From positions 1-43,016 of IMG/VR virus record IMGVR_UViG_3300002026_000066: a DNA stretch of 43,016 nt; one strand, written 5' to 3'. A program made the translations under genes and the position numbers. Positions 24,897-31,475 of this stretch are shown here, piece by piece; position 1 is the first letter of the stretch; each line of letters starts with the position of its first letter. The stretch is from a virus. Below the pieces are notes generated by a model. The model worked only from the letters and a program-made list of their open reading frames with translations, did no database searches and had not been told where the DNA came from.

Positions 24897-27770
24897 ATGG
24901 AACAAACAAAAGGCGCTTTTCGGCCTGGCGCGGTCGATGAGCTGAATGCGCGCATTGACTGCCACGACCTGGCGCAGCGGCTGGGGCTTGAGCAGCCGCA
25001 GCAGCGGGGCAACTACCGCAGCCCGCACCACCCCGACAAGGCCCCCAGCGTGGGGGTGTACAAGGACAAAAAGTCGGGCCTCTCCAAGTTCATGGACTAC
25101 AGCACGCAAGAGGGCGGTGGCCCCATTGACATGCTGATGTGGGCCGAGGGGCGCGACTTTGTGGGCGCTGTGCGCGAGCTGGGCAACATGTTTGGCATTG
25201 CGGTTGACCGGCCCAAGCCCCAGGGCAACGGGCAGCCGGGGCCGGTGGTGAAGCAGAGCCTGGCTGAGTTCATTGGCGAGAAGTGCCGCAAGGCTGTTGC
25301 CACCGATGACGGCAAGGCCCGCGTGCAGGCCTACCTGGAGGGCCGGGGCATTGCCCGTGCCGTGGTGGACCGGTCGCTGGCCAAGGGCTCGTTGGGCCTG
25401 AACACTTACCTGAACGACAAGGTGCCCGAGGGCCAGCCTGGCCACGGTGGGCCAGCGGTGGCGTTTTTGGTGCGCCACATTCAAACGGGTGAGGTGGTGG
25501 CGGTGGACATGCGCTACTTCAACCCCGAAATCAACGGCCACGTCAAAACCCAGTGCCAGGGCGAAAAGCACGGTTTTGCCTGGACGAGCGACTGGCGCCG
25601 GGTGCGCGATGCCCGCACGGTGTATGTGGTGGAGAGCCCCATCAATGCCCTGACCATCGAGACGTGCATGGACCCGGCTGACGGCAGTAAGTACGACGGG
25701 CGGGTGGCGGCAGTGGCCATCCGTGGCACGGGCAATGTGGACAACATTGACTGGAGTTTTTGCCGGGGCAAACAGGTGATTGGGGTGATGGACAACGACC
25801 CGCCCCAGGCGCACGGGCCCCAAGAGGGCTATTGCCCCGGCCTGAAGGCTGCGTGGCGGCTGCACGAGGTGCTGACGGCGTTGGACATTTCGTGCCTGCT
25901 GGTTGACCAGGCCGGTTGGTTTGAAGACCAGGCCGACATGGACGGCCCGCTGAACGATGTGAACGACTTGCTGAAGGAGTGGGGCGCTGACGCTACCCGC
26001 AAGGAGTTGGCCAAGCTGGAGCAGTGGCTGATACCCGGCATGGTGGGCAACGAGAAGCGCCTGGGCAAGCCCCGGTTGTTTTTGCCCAGCCACGACTACA
26101 TGACGTACTGGAAGTACCGGGTGCAGCCCGACTTCACCAAGCTGATTGGCAAGACCACCAAGGAAGATGACGGCAACGAGAAGCACGAGTTTTCAGACGT
26201 GTGCGGCTTTCGGGTGGCTGCCGTGGCCCGTGTGCGCATTGCCAGCCCGCAAAGCACCATGACGGGCGACGTGGACCACAGCCCACGCACCGTGTTTGCC
26301 CTGAGCGTGCAGGTGGCGCGGCATGGCCCCGTGTTGCAGCGCCGGGTGGTGGATGACGAGCGCCTGCACAACGTGGAGGTGTGGAAAAAGCTGGGCCCGG
26401 TGTATGCCCCGCAGGGGTTTGCCCGCCTGGTGAACATTTGGGAGCGTGCGGCCGAAATTGGCAGCCGCGAGGCCGTCAACTTTGTGGGCCTGGCCTGGCG
26501 CAATGGCAAGCCGGTGGTGAACGAGGGGCCTGACTGCTTTTTTCAAGACCCCCGCCAGCAGTGCCCGTACCACGAGCTGTTGTTTCCGGTGGGCACGGTG
26601 GCGCAGGGGCGGGAGGTGGTGGAGCAGTTTCGCCACACGTTCAAAGACAGCGTGGCGCTGATGCCGCTGGTGTGGGGCCTGGGGGCGCACCTGAAGGCGT
26701 TTTTGGGCTTTTGGCCGCACTTTGTGATGCAGGCCGAAAAGGCCACGGGCAAAACCACGCTGGTCAAGCGGCTGGAGCGCAGCATTGCCATGGTGATGAG
26801 CAGCCGCCAGAGCCTGCAGACCGAGTTCAGGCAGATGACTTCCTTGAGCTACACCAGCCACCCCGTGGGCTGGGGGGAAATGAGCACGAACAAGCAGGAC
26901 ATCATCAACAAGGCGATTCACAACCTGCAAGAGAGTTACCAGTACGAGCACACGCGCCGGGGCTCTGAACTGCTGGACTTTTTGCTGTGTGCCCCTGTTT
27001 TGCTGGCCGGTGAGGATGTGCCGGTGGACAGCCTGGTGGGCAAGGTGGTTCGCAGTGAGCTGACGAAGGGCCGGCGCGGCCCGCTGATACCTGAGGATTG
27101 CCCGGTGTTCCCGGTGAAGCAGTGGTTGCAGTGGCTGGCCAAGCGCAGCAAGGACGAGGTGGTGAGCCTGCACAACGGCATGGTGAAGACGTTTTTTGAT
27201 GGCTGCGTGGCCAGCATGAACGACAGCGGCGCGGAGCGCATGGTGAACAACTATGCCGCGCTGGGCACGGCCTGGGAGCTGCTGTGCCGTTTTTTGGGGC
27301 TGGAGGTTCACAGCACGCCGTTCACGGGGGACTTGATGGCGGAGATGAACCGCCACATCCGCGAGACGGTAAGCGACCGCCAGCCGTGGGCCTGGGTGGT
27401 TGAGAAGCTGTTGAGCGAGATTGCGGCCAAGAAGCTGTTTCACCCGTTTGCGTTTGATGTGGTGACCACTGACGGCACGCATGAGCAGCGCGCGGTGCTG
27501 TGCATTCGCACCAGCCACGTGATGGACCACATGCGCCAGACGCCGTACCTGCGGGAGTTTTGGGACGGCTTGCCGATCAAGAGCGATCGGGTGTTCAAGC
27601 GTCAGCTGGAACAGGCTGGTGTGCTGGTGATGGACCCGGCCACGGGCAATGCACGGATGTTTGAGAAAACCATTGGCCACAACCGCGTGGGCTACATGGT
27701 GGGCCTGAGCCTGCCTGCCCTGATGCAGTACGGGCTGCATGCGGTGGTGCCTACTGAAGGGGGTGTGTGA
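24897..27770 (+). CDS. Primase-helicase (degenerate CHC2-like N-terminus, Toprim domain, P-loop NTPase)
   Basis: The Toprim-like region is VYVVESPINALT...AVAIRGTGN...VIGVMDNDPP. The Walker A-like motif is AEKATGKTT. The N-terminus aligns to the DnaG zinc-finger region (HHPDKAPSVGVY...GGGPIDMLMW) but lacks the Cys ligands. Confidence 0.8.
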   Translation: MEQTKGAFRPGAVDELNARIDCHDLAQRLGLEQPQQRGNYRSPHHPDKAPSVGVYKDKKSGLSKFMDYSTQEGGGPIDMLMWAEGRDFVGAVRELGNMFGIAVDRPKPQGNGQPGPVVKQSLAEFIGEKCRKAVATDDGKARVQAYLEGRGIARAVVDRSLAKGSLGLNTYLNDKVPEGQPGHGGPAVAFLVRHIQTGEVVAVDMRYFNPEINGHVKTQCQGEKHGFAWTSDWRRVRDARTVYVVESPINALTIETCMDPADGSKYDGRVAAVAIRGTGNVDNIDWSFCRGKQVIGVMDNDPPQAHGPQEGYCPGLKAAWRLHEVLTALDISCLLVDQAGWFEDQADMDGPLNDVNDLLKEWGADATRKELAKLEQWLIPGMVGNEKRLGKPRLFLPSHDYMTYWKYRVQPDFTKLIGKTTKEDDGNEKHEFSDVCGFRVAAVARVRIASPQSTMTGDVDHSPRTVFALSVQVARHGPVLQRRVVDDERLHNVEVWKKLGPVYAPQGFARLVNIWERAAEIGSREAVNFVGLAWRNGKPVVNEGPDCFFQDPRQQCPYHELLFPVGTVAQGREVVEQFRHTFKDSVALMPLVWGLGAHLKAFLGFWPHFVMQAEKATGKTTLVKRLERSIAMVMSSRQSLQTEFRQMTSLSYTSHPVGWGEMSTNKQDIINKAIHNLQESYQYEHTRRGSELLDFLLCAPVLLAGEDVPVDSLVGKVVRSELTKGRRGPLIPEDCPVFPVKQWLQWLAKRSKDEVVSLHNGMVKTFFDGCVASMNDSGAERMVNNYAALGTAWELLCRFLGLEVHSTPFTGDLMAEMNRHIRETVSDRQPWAWVVEKLLSEIAAKKLFHPFAFDVVTTDGTHEQRAVLCIRTSHVMDHMRQTPYLREFWDGLPIKSDRVFKRQLEQAGVLVMDPATGNARMFEKTIGHNRVGYMVGLSLPALMQYGLHAVVPTEGGV

Positions 27771-28075
27771 TGGCCCGGCTACACAAAAACCCTTCACTGC
27801 GCCTTTCCGTGTGCTACATTGGCCGTGCCCCATCAAAAAAAGGTGGGGCCGGGTTTGGCGACCCGAAACAATCCTGCGACGAAAGCCGCAGTTCCTCACC
27901 CGCAGAGTCTGCGGCTTCGTTGTCTGTGCCTCCAGTTTTATGGTGGCTCGATGGGAGGCCGAAAGGCCTGCCGGTTTCCGCAAGGATTGTCCGGTTCGCC
28001 AACCCGTCGAGCTACCGCCCCTGTTTGGCGACGAGGGCGGTGGTTTTTGCAAACCACAATCCTTGGAGGCCTTCA
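27771..28075 (+). other. Structured non-coding region (candidate ncRNA or replication origin)
   Basis: No convincing coding frame. Several hairpins are present: 27880-27919, GAAA tetraloop 27956-27969, 27993-28004, 28041-28056. A 9-bp long-range pairing joins 27982-27990 to 28056-28064. The 10-mer GTTTGGCGAC is repeated at 27853 and 28023. Confidence 0.4.
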
Positions 28076-28381
28076 ATGGCTGCTGCCCACACCCGCCCGG
28101 ACGCGTCCGGCGCATCTGCCCGTTCCCACGTTTCCACCGCTGCCCCTGGCCCTGACACCGACTGTCTGGCCGAGCTGCTGCATGGCTGCACCGCTGAGTG
28201 CGCCCACACAACCCAGGCGCTGGCCAGCTTGGTGCAACTGCTGCAAGGCTGCCAACCCGGCCACACCCTGAGCGCTGGCGGCCTGCTGGCCCTGCTGGAG
28301 CCGCTGGCCGGTTCGCTCGACTCGCTGTGCAACGACTTGCACACCGCGCATTCCCTGTTCCCCCAGCCACACCACCACTGA
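28076..28381 (+). CDS. Hypothetical protein (101 aa, helical, Cys/His-rich)
   Basis: GGAGG lies 8 nt upstream of the ATG at 28076. Only the 3' third of the track ORF 27767-28381 looks protein-like. Confidence 0.4.
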   Translation: MAAAHTRPDASGASARSHVSTAAPGPDTDCLAELLHGCTAECAHTTQALASLVQLLQGCQPGHTLSAGGLLALLEPLAGSLDSLCNDLHTAHSLFPQPHHH

Positions 28382-28392
28382 AAGGCACCGCC

Positions 28393-28938
28393 ATGGACAA
28401 CATTCGTTTTGCCAAGCTGCCCAAGGGGGCTTACCTCATCGTCACAGACGGCTCTGAGAGGGGGGATTTTGAAACCGTCATCAAAAACCTGGCTCGCCAG
28501 ATGGCGTCAGGCTCTTCAGAGCTGCTGAGTGATGCCAGCCTTCTGGATTGGATTGGACGCACCAAGCCCAGGGCAGTGGCAACACCCGCTGATTCGCATC
28601 GGGCGATCAGCATTCACCTGCTGAAACATGCGTTCAAGGTGATGGCCATGGGGAATTTCCGCCGTCCGTATCGCTGGGATGCCTTCAGCGGCTGGGTGGA
28701 CGTTCGCATGACGCACCTGGCAGAGCTTCAGACGGATGAAACAGCCGCTCGATGGGGGGGCAAGGTCACTTCCCGTGTGCTGCAACGTGAGTTGCTGAAT
28801 TTGGGCTTGCTGGACGCCCTGAGCAGCGGCAAGGCCAAGGAGGTGGAGAGGACGATTGATGGCCACCGCGTGGGCCACATGGTTTCCATTCACATTGGCA
28901 CCGCCACCGAGTTGGTGTTGGCCCACCCGGAGGAGTAA
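28393..28938 (+). CDS. Hypothetical protein whose C-terminus is paralogous to the primase-helicase C-terminus
   Basis: ATG at 28393 inside the track ORF 28198-28938. The segment TSRVLQRELLNLGLL...VERTIDGHRVGHMV aligns with SDRVFKRQLEQAGVL...FEKTIGHNRVGYMV of the 24897-27770 product. Confidence 0.5.
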   Translation: MDNIRFAKLPKGAYLIVTDGSERGDFETVIKNLARQMASGSSELLSDASLLDWIGRTKPRAVATPADSHRAISIHLLKHAFKVMAMGNFRRPYRWDAFSGWVDVRMTHLAELQTDETAARWGGKVTSRVLQRELLNLGLLDALSSGKAKEVERTIDGHRVGHMVSIHIGTATELVLAHPEE

Positions 28939-29652
28939 CGGAAATGCGGCCCACCAAGGCGTTTTCGGGCGTTGCCCATGCCAGTGCATCAACCTCGCGC
29001 CAAAGTCGCCTTGTGGGCGGTTTTGGCGGGTCGGTTTTGCAGGTCTGGCCCCAGCCCCACGTTCTAGGCATGGGGGAGGGTGGTGCTTACCCGGCCTGTA
29101 TGCCCCCCCGTATCCCCCGCCTAGAAAGCCGCGCACCTGTGGGGGGGCAGACCAGCAGGAGGGAGGGGGCGGCAATAGATTTTCTCAACCGGGATGGGGT
29201 GGCACTCTTCAAAACGTCCCCAACTCTGGGAAAGTTACCGTTTTCGTCCGTGGAAGTGGCTCTGGCTATAGGTTTCTTGCTTTTTTGCATCCCAGAAATG
29301 CAACCAAAGTCCCAAGATTTCGCACGTTTTTTCCACGAGTCTGTTTTTTGGGTTTTCGCGCCCCTTCTTCTTCTTTTTCTTCTTTTTATAGAGAGAGAAA
29401 CAGAGGTAAAGATGAGGGGTGACGGGCGAAAAAGTGTCCCAAGAGTCAGCCGTTTTTTTACTTGGAAAGTTTTCCGCAAAAAAAACGGGGATCAAGAGTC
29501 GGGGACTCCGAAACGAGCTAATTCAAGGATTTCTGGGGCAGGCGTTTCCAATGAAATCAACGGGTTAGGTGTGTTCGATGGGGTCATCCCAGCAAACAAG
29601 AAAGAAATGCCCCCCTCCCCCCCGCGATCGCTGTTTTTTGGAGGTGCCAGCC
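28939..29652. other. Roughly 700-nt non-coding tract upstream of the tyrosine integrase gene (candidate attP and/or large ncRNA)
   Basis: All ORFs here translate to low-complexity sequence. Contents: C7 and G7 runs that can pair (29101-09 with 29141-49); a 27-nt pure pyrimidine run (29361-87) followed by a purine-rich run; GTCCCAAGA at 29309 and 29436; CAAGAGTC at 29440 and 29493; about ten (C/G)GTTTT(T) motifs. Confidence 0.5.
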
Positions 29653-30690
29653 ATGGCCAATGAGATCGAATGGACTGACGAGCTGGCCGTGGGTGCCTAC
29701 CTGGACTATTTGGGCATGGCCCGTGGCCTGAGCCCGCGCACGCTTGAGATTTACGGGCTGGCCTTGCGTCGGCTGAAGGAGTTTTTGCAGGGCAAGCCGC
29801 TGCTGGACGCTGACGGCATGGAGTTGGAGGCGTTTTGTGGCCTGTGGCTGCACCGCAAGGGTGTGGTGGCCACCAGTCGCAAGCCGTATGTGGCCGCGGT
29901 GCGCAGCTTTTACGCCTGGGCCAATGACAAGGGGTTGCTGGAAGATGAGCTGGGCAACCCGGCCAGGCAGGTGCAGCAGCCGAAGGGGGGCAGCCGGTTG
30001 CCGCGCTCGATGTCGCTGTCAAGCGCCGAGAAATTGATGTGGGCCCCTGACCTGGGCACGTTTGTGGGCATTCGGGATGCGGCCATGTTGTCGCTGCTGA
30101 TGGGCTGTGGCCTGCGTGTGTCGGGCCTCACAGCCCTGAATGTGGGCGACCTGAGGACGATGCAGGTGGATGGCCGCCCCCGCCTGATGCTGCTGGTGAC
30201 CGAGAAGGGCAACCGTCAGCGCATGGTGCCCTTGCCGCGTGAGGCTGACAGCCTGTTGCGGGTGTACATGGGGCATGAGGAACTGGCCAGCATTGACCGC
30301 CAGGTGACGAACCAACAGGGCAAGCCTGACAAGGTGCTGTTCGTGAACACCAAGCACCCAGCCCTTGCCGAGCATGAGCATGTGGGCGAGGCCCGCAGGC
30401 TGACGCGCCGGTCTGTGCACGACATGATCCAGCGCTATGGCCGCCGTGTGGGCATCCCTGAGCATGAGCTGCACCCCCATGCCATGCGTCACCTGTTCGG
30501 TACCGAGTTGACCGAGGGCGACGTGCCCACCATCACCACTCAGGGGCTGATGGGCCACGTTGACCCCAAGAGCACCGCTATCTATGTGGAGCTGGCCATG
30601 ACCAAGAAGATGAAGGTGGTCGACCAGCACGCACCGCTGGCCAAGATGAAGACGCCCGTAGGCGAGTTCCTCAAGCGCATGCCGCGCTGA
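29653..30690 (+). CDS. Tyrosine recombinase/integrase, XerC/D-like (345 aa)
   Basis: GGAGG ribosome-binding site. N-terminal SAM-like core-binding domain (YLDYLGMARGLSPRTLEIYGLALRRL). Catalytic R (CGLRVSG), HxxR (HAMRHLF), and H/Y (GHVDPKSTAIYV). Confidence 0.85.
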   Translation: MANEIEWTDELAVGAYLDYLGMARGLSPRTLEIYGLALRRLKEFLQGKPLLDADGMELEAFCGLWLHRKGVVATSRKPYVAAVRSFYAWANDKGLLEDELGNPARQVQQPKGGSRLPRSMSLSSAEKLMWAPDLGTFVGIRDAAMLSLLMGCGLRVSGLTALNVGDLRTMQVDGRPRLMLLVTEKGNRQRMVPLPREADSLLRVYMGHEELASIDRQVTNQQGKPDKVLFVNTKHPALAEHEHVGEARRLTRRSVHDMIQRYGRRVGIPEHELHPHAMRHLFGTELTEGDVPTITTQGLMGHVDPKSTAIYVELAMTKKMKVVDQHAPLAKMKTPVGEFLKRMPR

Positions 30691-30986
30691 TTCCCCTGAG
30701 CCCTGCACCACCAGGGCCAAACCCCAACCCCCAATTTTTCACACCATTCTGAGGGCCATCCCGATATGTCCGTCCTACCTGCACCATTACACAACGCCTA
30801 TTCTGGGGGGGTCTACAAACCCTGCGCCGCTACAGCCGTAGAGCGTGGCGGCCTGGGCTTGCGGGGTTCCGCAAATTTCCCGAATATCGGGCTAACTCGT
30901 GCGAGGGGGGTCGATGGGTCGCTGCGTTGTTTGGCAATAGTCGCAGTGATGCACACTGGCTGCACTGGCATGGCAGGGGGTGCACG

Positions 30987-31475
30987 ATGATGCAAAGTCG
31001 CAGTGATGACGGTGCAGGCCTGCAGCTTGATTGGGTTGGTGGTGTGCCTGTGCAGGGGGTGGGGGCTCGGCAGGCCAGCCCCTCACGGCCCCGGCGGGGG
31101 GGTGGGTACCTGGATGAATGCATTGCTCCGCAACTTTCGGCTGATGCCCGATTTCGCGAGCTGGAGGAAATGGGCCTGCCCGCCGTGTGGCTGACCCTGG
31201 CCCATGCCATTGGCTATGACCACTTCATGACCATGTGGCGTGTGTTGGATGCCGCGCAGGAAATGCATTCCGACTCTGGCTCGATGATCGAGCTGCAAAT
31301 GCGCCGGTACGGCAGCTTCAAGCGCTTCCAGCGCAACCGTTATGTGGAAACTCTGGTTGACATGGGCTTGTCAGACACGGCCATCAAAGACCGGCTGCAG
31401 GCTGAGTTGGGTGAAGAGCTGAGCATTTCTCACATTGGTCGGCTGACCGGCCCGCGTAGAGTGGGGGCACGATGA
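30987..31475 (+). CDS. Mor-like HTH protein (possible transcription activator or recombination directionality factor)
   Basis: The C-terminal RNRYVETLVDMGLSDTAIKDRLQAELGEELSISHIGRL resembles the Mor/middle-operon-regulator HTH. ATGA-coupled to the serine recombinase gene. The start is uncertain. Confidence 0.4.
   Translation: MMQSRSDDGAGLQLDWVGGVPVQGVGARQASPSRPRRGGGYLDECIAPQLSADARFRELEEMGLPAVWLTLAHAIGYDHFMTMWRVLDAAQEMHSDSGSMIELQMRRYGSFKRFQRNRYVETLVDMGLSDTAIKDRLQAELGEELSISHIGRLTGPRRVGAR

Noticed and set aside
27982-28064. Possible tRNA or tRNA-like gene. A 7-9-bp closing helix encloses three hairpins, one with a 5-bp stem next to the 3' strand.
   Set aside because: I tried to fit a cloverleaf. 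The D-arm has only 3 bp and no GG loop. The putative anticodon arm has a 14-19-nt loop. The T-loop is 6 nt (TTTGCA) and lacks the GTTCRA consensus. There is no CCA context. It is kept only as a generic structured element.
28944-29663. 239-aa + strand ORF, plus ORFs 28856-29422(+), 29087-29479(-) and 29235-29495(-), in the region upstream of the integrase gene.
   Set aside because: The translations are low-complexity (poly-K, poly-L/F, Gly/Pro runs) because they come from homopolymer and pyrimidine/purine tracts. No ribosome-binding site is present and codon bias differs from the rest of the genome. The region is treated as non-coding.
30766-30990. 74-aa + strand ORF in the gap between the tyrosine integrase and Mor-like genes.
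   Set aside because: The translation is Gly/Ala/Arg-rich, there is no ribosome-binding site, and codon bias is weak. The region is better explained as regulatory or recombination-site DNA.
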